Assembly: GCF_004010195.1 (NCBI RefSeq) | Contig: NC_057718.1 | Location: forward strand, 15,307,407-15,371,406 | DNA: 64,000 nucleotides | Direction: 5' to 3' | Source: Chiloscyllium plagiosum | Lineage: Eukaryota | Shown: positions 9,985 to 22,574 of the stretch, in pieces | How positions within the stretch are numbered: the first letter of the stretch is position 1 | Layout of the letters: the number at the start of each line of letters is the position of its first letter | Position numbers and translations under genes: made by a program | Notes under the pieces: generated by a model | What the model was told of the DNA's origin: nothing | Databases searched by the model: none | What the model saw: the letters and a program-made list of their open reading frames with translations, nothing else

Positions 9985-10700
9985 TATTTATTAATTTGTG
10001 GGATGTGGGTATCGCTGGCTGGCCAGCATTTATTACATGTCCTTAGTTGCCCTTGAGAAGGTGGTGATGAGCTGCCTTGTTGAAATGCTGCAGTTTGGCA
10101 GTAATGCCATTAGTGAGGGAATTCCAGGATTTTGACCCAGTGACAATGGAGGACCAGCAATATATTTCCAAGTCAGGATGGTGAGTGGCTTGGAAGGGAA
10201 TTGAAGGTAGTGGTGTTCCCATATATTTACTACCCTTGTTCTTCTAGATTTGAAGTGGTTGTGGGTTTGGAAGGTGTTGTCTGAGGATATTTGAATTTCT
10301 GCAGTGCATCTTGTATATAGTACACACTGCTGCACACTGAACGTCGGTGGTGGAGGGAATGGATCCATGTGGATCTCGTGCCAATCAAGCAGACTGCTTT
10401 GTCCTGGATGGTGTCAAGCTTCTTGAGTGTTGGGGCTGCACTCATCCAGGCAGGTGGGAAATACTCCATCACACTCCTGAATTGTGACTTGTAGATGGTG
10501 GACAGGCTTTCGTGAGTCAGGAGGGGAGTTACTTGCCACAGAATTCCTAGTCCCTGACCTCTTCTTGTGGCCACTGTTTATTTGAGTCCAGTTGAGTTTC
10601 TGGTCCGTGATAATCCCCAAGATGTTCATAGTGGTGGATTCAGTGATGGTAACATCATTGACTGTTGAGGATTGTGGTTAAATTGTCTCATTGTTGATAG
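9985..10700 (-). mobile_element. CR1-clade LINE 3' fragment (second family)
   Basis: Minus-strand peptides LSTIYKSQFRSVMEYFPPAWMSAAPTLKKLDTIQDKAVCLIG and ILGIITDQKLNWT. Confidence 0.8.
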
Positions 10701-11504
10701 TATTCCAGATGTGGTCTCACCAAGGCCCTACACAGCTGCACTAAAACTTCCTCACTTGTATGTTTCATTCCCCTTCAATAAACAACATTTCATTTGCTTT
10801 CCAATTCAACTTCAGGTGCAGGGTCCACATTCAGACTCTAGTCTCTCTCTAATACTTCTGGCAGCTTCTGCTTCTAAGTGGACAATAGGCTTGACTAACT
10901 TGCTTTTCAAACTTGCTTGTTAACTTTTTCCCAGCCACAATCTATAGGATGATCAATTATGGCATTATATTCTGATTGTCCAAGGTGAGATGAGGCTCAT
11001 TTCTAACTCATTTAAAGAGCGTCTGATCAATATCTAATTGGCTGTTGAGGTTGATGAACATTGACGAATGCCACCTCCCACTCTCTTCTGACTGGTTCCT
11101 TCAGGTGTCACTTATCCCTGGATCTATCCTCCTTTTGTGGTCTGTTTTGTTATTTTTATGACTCCTTGTTAAGATGAGATAATACTTCATGATATCATCC
11201 TTGCCCAGTTTGTTTCGAATCAGGAGATGTCGATATTTTCTAATTGATCTATTCGGCGATGTTATTACCCACCTCTGGTGCAGGGGATACTTGAACTAGA
11301 GCCTCCTTGTTCATAGGTAGGGCTGTCAGACACCCACGATTGAGAATGTTGAGCCAAAGGTTAAGGAATAAAAGGTTTCATGAGGTTTGTGGAGATCGCT
11401 CAAAGTCAGCTATGATCTGAATGAATGGTGGAACAGACTGAAATGGCCAAAATGTGATTTCCTGCATGTCTCTCTCTACTCATCCTGCCCTTTGCTCTTC
11501 ATAT

Positions 11505-12385
11505 CGAGTCATAGAAATATACAACATGGAAATGCTTCAGTCCAAGTTGTCCATGTTGACCAGGTGTCCCATATAAACTGAGTTCCATTTGCAAGCATTT
11601 GGCCATATCTCTCCAAACCCATCACAATGCCTTCTAAATATTGTAATTGTACCCACCTCCACCACTTCTTCTAGCAGCTCATTCCATAAACGCAACACCC
11701 TCTGCGTGGAAACGGTTGCCCCGGGCCGCTTTTACAACTTTCTCATCTCATCTTGAACTCATGCCCTCTAGTTTCAGACTCCCCTCACCCCAGGGAAAAG
11801 ATCTTGCCTATTTACACTACCCATGCCCCTAAGCCTCCAATGCCCCAGGGAAACTAGCCCCAGCCTATTCATCCTGTCCCTATGGCTCAAACCCTTCAAC
11901 CCTGGCAATATCCTCTTAAATCTTTTTTGAACCCTTTCAAGTTTCACAACTTCCTTCCTGTAGTTGGGAAACCAGAATTGAATGCAGTATTCCAAAAGTG
12001 GCCTAACCAATGCCCTGTACAGCCCCAACTCCTATACTCAATGCATTGGTCAATAAAGGCAAATATACCAAACAACTTCCTGTCTACCTGCAATTCCACT
12101 TTCAAGAAATTATGAATGTGCACACCAAGGTCTCTTTGTTCAGCAACACTCCCCAGGATCTTACTATTCAGTGTCTAAGTCCTGCCCTGATTTGCCTTTC
12201 CAAAATGCAGCACCTCACATTTATCTAAATTAAACTCCATCTGCCACTCCTTGGCCCATCTAATCAAGATCTCATTTAACTGTGAGGTAACCTTTGTTGT
12301 CCACTACATCTCCAATTTGTGTTATCTGCAAAGTTACTAAGCAAAGCTCCTATGTTCACTTCCAAATTATTTATATAAATGACAA
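11505..12385 (-). mobile_element. CR1-clade (HER1-like) LINE 3' fragment
   Basis: LYRALVRPLLEYCIQFWFPNYRKEVVKLERVQKRF on the - strand. Confidence 0.88.
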
Positions 12386-12548
12386 CACGTGATTGTGTTG
12401 TTCTGGTTTATGTTTTATCTAGTTGGTATTTGAAGATGAAGACTTCCATTCCATTAACTCACTTTAAATAGTCACTGATGTTTTAATGTATCAGTGCTTT
12501 AAAACTGTTTTTGGAACCATTTTCTAAACTATTGAAATAAACATTTAG

Positions 12549-12702
12549 TCCCTAGAAAGACGTTTGCATGGGCAATTGGAGGTGGTGCATTGTGACTTCT
12601 TCAAACTTGATCCAATTGGTCGTGGCCCAGTGAGACCTCCTGCCATGTCATCTGAAAAACTCTTCAATGATCTGGGAATTGCACCAGTTGCCTGGACTGC
12701 AG
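12549..12702 (+). CDS. TFB2M: TFB2M coding exon 3
   Basis: [51 protein letters not shown] (human ...[10 protein letters not shown]...PPAMSS...LGI...WTA); 154 nt. Confidence 0.96.
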
Positions 12703-12989
12703 GTGATAATTTCTTCAAGAATTTCTATCTCTTTTAAAAGCAGTTCTCATTTTGAGAATACGAATCTGTTGTAACTGATTATATTTTGACAAACATTTTG
12801 ATCCTTAAAATGGTGACACATTAGATGGGTTGGCCATGCTAAGTTGTCCTGTGGCATCCAGGGTTGTGCAGGCTAGGTGGATTAGCTGTGGTAAATGCAG
12901 GGTGATGGGATGCTGTTCGGAGAGTAGGTGCAAACCTGATGGGCTGCATGGCCTCCATATGTACTGTAGGGTTCTATGAACTTGCCTGA

Positions 12990-13390
12990 GTCGTAAAGTT
13001 GAAAGTTCAAGGTCCATTTGAGTACAGAACTCTAGGTTGACAGTCCCTGTAGTACTTAAGCAATGTTGCACAGTAAAAGTTGCTGACTTTCCGATCAGAC
13101 ATTAAACTGGTTTGATTGCTCAAATGGACCTGTTAAATAAAGGTGGTCTTAGAAGGAAAACAGGGGAGCTATGCTAATGATGTGTTCAAACTTTATTCAT
13201 CAGTGTGAATGTTGATGTCTGTTGTTTGGTCACTGTCAGTTTGAGGCTTTGAAAGCTTGCTTTGAGCAAATTCACTGCAGCATTCCAGTGTGACAACAAT
13301 GACTCTACTTTGTAAGAGCCTCATTGGCTGTAAAACATTTTAGCATGTTATTAATTCATTAAAGGTGTAAGATAAATGCAAGTCTTATTT
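12990..13390 (+). mobile_element. Degenerate Deu-domain SINE (SacSINE1/AmnSINE1-like)
   Basis: agcttgctttgagcaaatt...tcattggctgtaaaacatttt...aaaggtgtaagataaatgcaagtc resembles the DeuSINE core and tail, recognised from memory. Confidence 0.6.
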
Positions 13391-13739
13391 CCTTTTATTG
13401 ATTTGACTTTGTGTATTGCACCTCAAAATTAACAATTTTTTGCATCAAGTTTATAAATTCGGAGATTTGGATTTAATTCATAGCTTTTTAAGAGTATTTT
13501 ATTAATTTGCACGAGATTTATGTGCCTTCTTTGTGTCACCTTTTTAATTAGCCAGACACCTTGATGGTTTTTGTTGGTGGATTCTCCAAGACCTGATTGG
13601 TAGGGTTCTTTTATCTTTTCTTTTTGTTGCTGGAACCTGCTCCCTAAGTACATGGTTAATGCTAGTATTTTACTGATTCAAGACTTTACTTTTTATGTGC
13701 CCTTTTTTCCAATATTTTGGACTACTGCATTGGGTACCA

Positions 13740-14552
13740 GCTCCCTCGTCAGATCCACCCCCCCCCCCCCACCAACTCAACCTCCACTCCTGGCACCTTC
13801 CACTGCAACCACAAGAAATGCAAAACTTGCGCCCACACCTCTCCCCCCTCACGTCCCTCCAAGGCCCCAAGGGATCCTTCCATATCCGTCAGAAATTCAC
13901 CTTCACCTCCACACACATCACTTACTGCATCCGCTGCACCTGATGTGGCCTCCTATACATTGGGGAGACAGGCTGCCTACTTGCGGAACGTTTCAGAGAA
14001 CACCTCTGGGATACCTGCACCAACCAACTCAACCGCTCTGTGGCTGAACACTTTAACTCCCCCTCCAACTCCACCAAGGACATGCAGGTCCTTGGCCTCC
14101 TCCATCGCCAGACCATGGTAACATGACGCCTGGAGGAAGAGCGCCTCATCTTACGCCTAGGAACCCTCCAACCACAAGGAATGAATGCAAATTTCTCCAG
14201 TTTTCTCATTTCCCCTCCCCCTCCACCTTTTCTCAGTCCCAGTCCTCAGACTCAGCACAGCCTTCTTGACCTGCAATCTTCTTCCCGACCTCTCTGCCCC
14301 CACCCCCTCTCCGGCCTATCACCCTCACCTTAACCTCCTTCCACCTATCGTATTCCCAATGCCCGTCCCCCAAGTCCCTCCGCCCTACCTTTTATCTTAG
14401 CCTGCTTGGCATACCCTCCTCATTCCTGAAGAAGGGCTTATGCCTGAAATGTCGATTCTCCTGTTCCTTTGATGCTGCCTGACCTGCTGCGCTTTTCCAG
14501 CAACACATTTTTAAGCTCCGATCTCCAGCATCTGCAGTCCTCACTTTCTCCT
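13740..14552 (+). mobile_element. Penelope-like element (family A), 3' part, inserted into an LTR-like element (about 13450-14785)
   Basis: CKTCAH...YCIRCT..LLYIGETG..RFREH GIY-YIG remnant. Terminal repeat with CTGAAGA...GAAATGTC at 14426-14453. The host element ends gtccataaca at 14785. Confidence 0.85.
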
Positions 14553-15194
14553 AACAGCATAATTAAGTCTACTTTGTAGGGATTATTTAATTCTGTAGGG
14601 ATTATTTAATTCTGTTCTTAGTGTTTCATTGTGTAATTTTGTGAATAAATTTCCCAGTTTTTAAAAACCTAGTAGTCAACCTAGCTAAGTTACTCCGGGT
14701 AATTTTCACTATGCACTTCCTGAAACAAATTGCAAAGTTATGGTCTGGGTTGCCTGCTCAAGAATGTCTGGCTTAGTCCATAACACTACTTTTTAAGGGC
14801 CTGAAATTCATGCCTGTCAAAGTTCATATCATTGGCAGAAGCCCAATTGATCTCTAAATGAATAATGAAAAGAAAAATGAATTATGGTAATTCTGAAAAC
14901 CTGGAGCGGAGCACAATAGCCAATGGACTGGAAGACTGGCTGGGGAGTGGAACAACCAGCATACTGGAAAGCTGGAGTTGGACCTGACAGCTGGTACACT
15001 GATTCATAAACGTTGATCTGTTATCTGTGAAGAACTAGGGTTGACTTTTACACATGATATATGGCCAGGTTATTTGGCCAAAGATAGGGGGTCAAATTTT
15101 ACATGAGATAGACTATTACTTGAGTATTCACGGTAAGTATCACATGTTAATTTTAATAGTGCATATATTTAAAAATGTTATTTCTCTTTCCTAG

Positions 15195-15343
15195 ATATAC
15201 CAATAAGAGTAGTTGGAATTTTGCCACAAAAGAATGAACGAAACATGCTTTGGAAACTCATTTATGCTCTGTTTGAGCGGATTTCAGTATTTCAGCTTGG
15301 AAGAATAGAAATGAACATATTCATGAGTGAGAAAGAATACACA
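15195..15343 (+). CDS. TFB2M: TFB2M coding exon 4
   Basis: DIPIRVVGILPQKNERNMLWKLIYALFERISVFQLGRIEMNIFMSEKEYT; ctag| and |gtatgt; 149 nt. Confidence 0.96.
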
Positions 15344-15441
15344 GTATGTTAAGTCCTCTTTGTCAATAATCTTGAAAACTTTTGTAACTTTTGCTTTTGA
15401 ATTCAGTTGTTGAAATTGAGAATTTATTATCTTCTGTGTAG

Positions 15442-15531
15442 AAACTGACAGCAGAGGCTGGAAACCTGAAGCACTATCAGGCATTAACTGCCCTATACCA
15501 GTTGGCTTGTGAAATACAGCTGTTGCACAAG
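15442..15531 (+). CDS. TFB2M: TFB2M coding exon 5
   Basis: KLTAEAGNLKHYQALTALYQLACEIQLLHK; gtag| and |gtgcga; 90 nt; preceded by a 98-nt intron. Confidence 0.95.
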
Positions 15532-15715
15532 GTGCGAATTTGTTTCCCTAATTAATTATATGATTGTAAGTTGTAGATTACGGTGTTATATGTATGTCTT
15601 CATTTTGATCATTTTTAAATATAGTAATGTTTCTGCTATCAGCAATGATTATGCGTCATACAAATCACATCATTGTGTCAAGATATTATGAATACAACCT
15701 CAACTGCACACTGAC

Positions 15716-16027
15716 ATTAGATTAGATTACTTACAGTATGGAAACAGGCCCTTCGGCCCAACAAGTCCACACCGACCCGCCGAAGCGTAACCCACCCATA
15801 CCCCTACATTTACCCCTTACCTAACACTACGGGCAATTTAGCATGGCCAATTCACCTGACCTGCACATCTTTGGACTGTGGGAGGAAACCGGAGCACCCG
15901 AGGAAACCCACGCAGACACGGGGAGAATGTGCAAACTCCACACAGTCAGTTGCCTGAGGCGGGAATTGAACCCAGGTCTCTGGCGCTGCGAGGCAGCAGT
16001 GCTAACCACTGTACCATCGTGCCGCAC
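15716..16027 (-). mobile_element. Full-length tRNA-derived V-SINE (HE1-like)
   Basis: A box TGGTACAGTGG, B box GGTTCAATTCC, V-core GTGTGGAGTTTGCAC.TTCTCCCCGTG, and a CR1-type tail ending in (TAATC)n. Confidence 0.9.
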
Positions 16028-16246
16028 ACTTATATTATAATATCATCATCTGCACCGAATGAACCATAGTCTTTCATAAGGCTATGGTGAGATTTGACAA
16101 TTTTTAATATAATTCAGGGGATGTGGGCTTTGCTGACTTGGTCAGTATTTATTGCCCATCTCCAATTGCCGTGTAGGCGTTATGCTGAGCTGCCTTATGA
16201 AAGACTATGGTTCATTCGGTGCAGATGATGATATTATAATATAAGT
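16028..16246. repeat. Perfect 55-bp inverted repeat, 109-bp spacer
   Basis: 16028-16082 is the exact reverse complement of 16192-16246. Confidence 0.95.
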
Positions 16247-16249
16247 AGG

Positions 16250-17150
16250 AGGCATAGCAATTCAGCTGCTCAAGCTTGATACGATCATGGCTTATTACAT
16301 CTTAGCTTTGACTTCTTTTTTATGCCCGCTCTCATTACCGTTTAACCCATTTCCAATTAAAAAATGTCTATCTCCTCCTTAAATTTATTCAATGTCCTGG
16401 TATCCACTTCACTGTGGTGTCGTGAATTCCACAGATTCACAGTCCTTTGAGAGAAGTAATTTCTTCTGATCTGTTGTAAATCTGCTACCCTTTAACCTAA
16501 ACCAATATTTCTTCTTCTCGATAAAGAAACATCCTATCTCCATCTGCTTTGACAATCCCTTTTAACATCTTAATACCTCAATTTGATCTCCTCTCAGTCT
16601 TCTAAACTGCTCAATCTGTCTTCAGGCAAATATCTCCTCTCTCAAATCAATCTAGTGTCCCTATTCTGAACTGTTTTCAAAACATCTCCATCCCCTTCAG
16701 ATAAGGGGACCAAAATTGTATGCAGTACTCCAGATATGGTCTCACTAATGCCTTGTATATTTGCAGCAATACTTCCTGACTACTTTATTCATTTAGCAAT
16801 AAATGTAAAGATCTGTTTGCTTTCCTTTACAACCTGTATACTAGCTTTCTGCAATTCATGCACGTGATCACCCAGATCCCTCTGCACCAAAGTACTCTGA
16901 AGTTTCTATCTATTTAGATAATAAATTTATTTTCAATTCCTCCAACCTACATAAATAACCTCACATATCCACATTAAACTTCATTTGCCAAACTTTGGTC
17001 CATTCATCTGACCTATTCATATACATTTGTAAATTTCTTATTTCTTTGCTTTCCCACTTGTTTTACTGTATCTTTAAATTTGACGAGACTCACTCGTACT
17101 ATATTCATCCCTGCATGCAAGCCATTCATACAGGTGGATGATAATTGGAT
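16250..17150 (-). mobile_element. Degenerate CR1-clade LINE fragment
   Basis: gaattccacagattcac..., taaggggaccaaaattgtatgcagtactccagatatggtctcac... are shared with other CR1 copies. Confidence 0.75.
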
Positions 17151-17332
17151 AAGTCAAATCTCAGGCTGAAACTTAGCATAACACATCATTTTGTGTCTTT
17201 TTATTGTTGTTTTAATGAAGTGGTCTCTCTCTGAAACGTAAGCACTCAGTCTGGAGATTTTGTTTTACCAAAAAATATTAAGGAAATAAAATTTTAGATA
17301 AAATAAAATAGCTATTTTCATATAACACAATA

Positions 17333-17524
17333 CATTCAGTTCTGCTATAACATGTGTTTCTTCAGCACAAATTGGCTTTAACGCGATTGAAGAATTTAGA
17401 CTGTTATTTGTAGAATTTGAACTTTCATACCTGCATTGGGCTGTACCATGATTCCGGTCCCATTAGTTTAATAACGTGAGATCACACGAGAACAGAACTA
17501 TCACATTATCATCTGAACAGACTG
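17333..17524. mobile_element. Degenerate Tc1/mariner(pogo)-type MITE
   Basis: TA-CATTCAGTTCTGCTATAA ... TTATCATCTGAACAGACTG-TA: imperfect TIRs flanked by TA. Confidence 0.5.
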
Positions 17525-20500
17525 TATAAAGATTTTGAATACAATAAAAATATAGTCCCATTTTTGTAAAAAAAAAAATTACAAATCGCAAAAGCATTTT
17601 TTTTGCAGTATTTACACTTGAGAGAATCTCCTTTTATATCATCTCTATCGGCTTAATTGGACTGCAACCTAAACTCCTAGTCTCTTGAATCTGATGACCT
17701 TTTCCTGACACCTTCAAGTACCCCAGTTTGAAGTTTATCAGCTTCAAATAACCCCTTTTAGGGTTTTAACTAAACACTTTTTTGGTCAGGAACTATTATT
17801 GTTTCCAATTGAGAATTTTGCATTGGAAATAAGAGTAATTGCAAAACAATGAGGGCAGAACTAGTTGGAGGGAACTAGGAAATGAGTTTAGTTACAGACA
17901 TTTGAGGAACAATGACACACATTTAAGAAAATACTTATGACTTACATTGGGAGATATATCTTTGTTGTGAAAGAAGGATTCTAGGAAAGGGATAAGTTAA
18001 CCAGGGATGTAACGGATCGCATCAAACTGAAAGGAAAAAAAATCATACAATGTGTCAAAGATTAGTGGTAAGACAGAGGATTGGGCAAGCTTTAAAAGGC
18101 AATAAAAGGTGTTTTAAAAATATCAAAAGAGAAAATAAACTGAGGGTAAACGTTCCAAGTTTTTTTTAATCTATTTGTTCACATGTAGGCATCATTGGCT
18201 AAGTCAGCCATTTATTGCTCATCCCTAACTGCCCAAAGGGCAGTTAAAGGTCAGACCACATTACGGGGCTAAGGTCACATGTAGGCCAGAACCAGGTAAG
18301 GACAGCAGATTTCCTTTCCCTAAAAAGGACATTAGTGAATCAGTGTGTGTCTTGGATCAGAGGACATAATCCCAGATTAAGCTGTTGCCCAGTTCGGACA
18401 GAAATAAGGAGGAATTGTTCTCTTGATCTCATGAATCTGTAGAATTCTTTACCACAGATGGCTATAGAGGCTGTGTCATTTAAATATCTTCAGAGCTGGG
18501 CTAGACAAATTTTTGATCAGCTAGGGAATTGAGGGTTATGGGACAAGGCGAGAAATCAAAGTTGACAATTATCAGATAAATTTTCATCTAGATGGGCCTG
18601 CTTCTGCTCCTGTGCCTAGTGGTTTAAACTGTTCTGTTTCTCAAACATGAATGCTTTACACTTCTGCCTTCAGCTAAGGTCCCTGCAGAACTGACACAAT
18701 TTAAACTAATGCTGAAACCATTTTTTTTCCCCAAGTTCAGTGTTTTCCACCTAAGCTTTACACAGAAAACCCAGAATTTTTATCCCAACATCCACAGTGC
18801 TCTTAGAGAAAGTTTCAAGATTTAGAATGACCAACACTAAAAACAGAGCAACATATATCCGTGATAGATGGTGAGTACGTTAGAGAGGAACTTGGAGGTG
18901 GTAGTGTTTGCATGAATCAGCTACCCTTTTCCTTTCAAAACGTAATGGTAGTGGATTTGTAAGATGATGGGACTGAATTGCCATTGTTGGTTCTTATGCC
19001 GATGTCACTGCCAGGGTGGTACATCCAATTTTATTTCTTTTGAGGTTTGCTAGCAATTTGAAGCAACTGAGTGGCTTGGTGGGACTTCTTGGAGGACATT
19101 TAAAAGTCAAATTCATTGCTGTTGTTCTGGGGTGTTATAGGTCAGTTAGACTAAGTAGGGACAGCAGATTCCTTCGTAAAGATAATAGTGAGCCAGGTGG
19201 GTATTAGCAGTAATTAACAGTATTTTCGTGACCATCATTGGATATTTAAATCCAACTTTTTTGAATTTCTGTTCCACCAACTTGGAGTGCACTACTTGAA
19301 TCTCTGGATTCATAGTCCAGCATCAAGTCCACTTTGTCACCACCATTTTCATTCATCACGAAGACATTTGTGGACTAAAATTATGCTTGTGTAACATTTT
19401 ATCCTATGTGATGTGAAGTTTCAATATTAGTGACTGGTATGGGGATTCAAGGTTCTCATCTGAAAGTAAGCTGGTGTGAATTTCACTGGATTTGTATAAA
19501 ATGGATTATTCCACTTCTGTAGCCATTTAAAATATGAATCAAAAGTATTGAGTTGTGTTGCTATTGAAATGATAGATTAGTTCAGTAAATCCATTCAACT
19601 TTATCAGGCTGAAATATTACTCAGTGTGCAGTCTTTGTTCACCAGAGGAACTTATTTTTAACTTATCCATTTGACTATTCTGCCTGTCTGCCTATCCTGT
19701 TTTTGAAAGTAGTTGAAAGAGCAGCTTCATCACACCTCTATTGTATTCAATATCTCATCCAATGAAAGAGCAGTAACAGGAGCAGGGGTGTCTTGCTGCA
19801 ACTGTACACAGCATTGGTAAAACCAGATCTGGAGTACTGTGTAATTTTGGTCTCCGTTATCTGAGGAAGGACAGTCTGACTGTTGAGGGAGTGCAAAAAA
19901 GGTTGACTAGAGTGATGTATGGCATTGTGGGAATGATGTGTGGGAGAGACGGGATCAATTAGGACTATATTCACCAGAGTTTAGAAGAATGAAGGGGAAT
20001 CTCATACAAACCTGTAAAATTCCAACCTTTCCAAAGCATGTCCATCAGGACAAGATACAACTTGGAGTGAATAAGAATACTCTCCACTTGTCTGGAACAG
20101 CTCCAACAGCTATAGAAGCTTACACTATCCAGGATAAAGTAGACTGCTTAATTAATGCATTTTTTGCCACATTCAACATTGTGCTTCAGTGGTGAAAGGG
20201 ATCAATGACAGCATTGCAGCAACTTAGAAATCCATGACTTCAGTTTTTTAAAGGGATAAGTACAAAGGATGCGGGGGGGGGAACCACCTCTTGCAAGTAA
20301 CCTCTAAGCTACTCGCCTTCCTAACTTGGAACTACATGACTGTTCCTATATCCTGAAACTCCATTTCTCATACCACCATGGATGTACCTATAAGTTCAAA
20401 TTTTTAATCAAAGAATCGTTTTAAGTGTTATGGAGGCAGGGAGAAAAGTGGACTCAAAGCCACGATCAAATTGTCCATGATTTTATCAAATTGACAAAAC

Positions 20501-20675
20501 AGCCAACTCTTTCTAATTAGTTGGTTGTACCCTAGCCATGATATAATGGTCTTAGTTAAAGGGTTATTTTTTGCCACACTTCGAGATTGAATGTTTAATG
20601 TTTATAGTAGCAATACTATAACTGGAATATTTAATTGTAAGTGTTTAATATTTCTAAACAAATTATCTTTTTTAG

Positions 20676-20738
20676 GAACCATGGTCATCCTTTGCTACAA
20701 ATTCTAAAAATGGAGGATATGGGATACAACGAAGTTCA
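20676..20738 (+). CDS. TFB2M: TFB2M coding exon 6
   Basis: EPWSSFATNSKNGGYGIQRSS (human EPWSSF); tttag| and |gtaagt; 63 nt. Confidence 0.93.
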
Positions 20739-21231
20739 GTAAGTACTTGGTAGTCTTGAATGTGATGAAGTACAAATTCTTTTGAAGAATTTATTTTTTA
20801 CAGTTCAATGTGGCTATGTAGAAGTTCCGTACTGCAGATTGTATGTAACAATAAATGCTCCTTCACTTAGGGAAAATATTCTGGGGCACTATCCATTCTG
20901 TTAAAGAAACAAATTGATAACATAGCAGAAATCATGTTTAGCTTGTTACTTACTAGAGGCTGAAAATGTAATTCTGAATACTTCCATTTAACAAATGCAA
21001 GTTTTTAACTGTCATCTGTGCACCAAGAAAAAAGATCTGCTTTAGTAATTTGTTTACTATTTGTCTGGGTAAACTTGTTATCTGAGGTTTAGGCTTTTGA
21101 TCTGTCTGGTGTTAGCAATATTTGGATTATCCAGGTATTTCCCATCTTTTGCAAGATTCATCCTATTTTCTGATGTTAGTGTTTGCCACTTTTAAAAGTA
21201 TAAAATGTGTGATAAGCAATGTTAGTTAATA

Positions 21232-21998
21232 CAGAGGAACCTCGATTATCCAAATATTAGTTATCCAAATATCAGATTATCCGAAGGAGATCTCAAAGTC
21301 CCAATAGAAACATTACATCAAAGAAGTGTTTCCAACACTTATCTTGTCTTTTGTTTACAGTGATTAAAAAGGAACTCTGCTTACTGAAATGCTGCCGAGA
21401 GCAGTCCTGGACATCGATGGGAGCCCAGGCACTGTTTCTGACTGACTGCCCGCCCTTTCTTTCCTCCCACACTTTGCCTGGAGTTCTACACAGGCTGTAC
21501 CCTACCCTACCCTACCTCCACCACACCCCCCGCCCCCACCGCCAGATAATGTCTCCAACATTGTCCGGTTCAGGGCAAAGGTGGAAGCTGTCAAAAAGTT
21601 GCAGTTGTGTGTGTGCATGCACCTGCTAGCTATTTGGAGACTTACACCGCCCATAAAGGCGGCAGCAAAGGTCTTGTTGTTGGTGTCCAGTCTAGCTGCA
21701 TGGGAGAGGGGGCGGTGTTGTATGGGATTGGAGGTGGGGGAGGGGGGCAGTGTTGAACAGGGTTGGGGCCCGGGTTTGGTTGTGGGGGTGGTGGTCATGT
21801 TGGATGGGGTTGGGGGGAGAGAGGTATTGCACAGGGTTGTGGGGCAGGCGGGGCTCGTGCGTAGTGTGCTGCTGCCTAGTCTCCTGAATGACTTAAAGAA
21901 AACCCCAGAGGAGAGGCATTGAATCAATTAACCGAATAATCAATTATCCAAACAAAATAGTGCCCGCCCATCTCGTTCGGATAATCGAGGTTCCTCTG
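21232..21998. mobile_element. Non-autonomous Tc1/mariner(pogo/Tigger)-type DNA transposon, 767 bp
   Basis: Perfect 20-bp TIRs CAGAGGAACCTCGATTATCC / GGATAATCGAGGTTCCTCTG with TA on both sides; subterminal TTATCC repeats. Confidence 0.92.
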
Positions 21999-22179
21999 TA
22001 TTCACATTATGTGAAATGGTTTTCACCTTTACATGTTAAATTAATTAACCAGTTACAGTAGATACTTCAGCGAAGTGTACAATTCTACCTGTATTGTTAA
22101 TCACATTGTATTGCCTCATTGAAAAAAGTAGTGGTGTGTTAGAAGTTAATTCTTTTGTCTCTTTTTTTAATTTCTGTAG

Positions 22180-22328
22180 CTAACAAATGATCATTTGTGT
22201 CTTGTGCGACTAACTCCACGCAAAGACTTATTCACTCAAACCTTGACAGCTGCCAATTCATCCACGCTGGTTCTGATGCTGAAGCAGTGCCTTACAAAAC
22301 GTAAAGCTAAACTAATTGACCGACTAGA
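22180..22328 (+). CDS. TFB2M: TFB2M coding exon 7
   Basis: [49 protein letters not shown]; gtag| and |gtaagt; 149 nt, phase 2. Confidence 0.94.
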
Positions 22329-22574
22329 GTAAGTATAAAAGACTTCAAGTAAAGCACTGTCTTGAGGAAAATCCAGTTTCCCTTTCCTATCTTTTATTGT
22401 ATGCAGTGCCAGTGGAGACTGTCAAATGAGATTGAATCACTTTTTAAGTATGATTGGGATGTCATTGAGGGAGAGAAGTATTATTACTTGAAGCTGAAAT
22501 TTGGCAAAAATGATCACCTTAGCAGTTAGTTGGTATTCAGGGCAGCAGGTCAATAACACCACAAGACTTTCGTT

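Noticed and set aside
14575..14615. 19-bp tandem duplication (TGTAGGGATTATTTAATTC x2)
   Set aside because: A simple slippage event inside an LTR-like repeat, with no sign of function.
15827..16069. Recurrent short ORFs (MANSPDLHIFGLWEETGAP..., also at 41730 and 51182-51677)
   Set aside because: They are chance translations of HE1-like SINE copies, not genes.
21351..21927. Overlapping ORFs of 92-141 aa in TFB2M intron 6
   Set aside because: They are low-complexity GC-rich interior of the MITE, with no transposase motifs.
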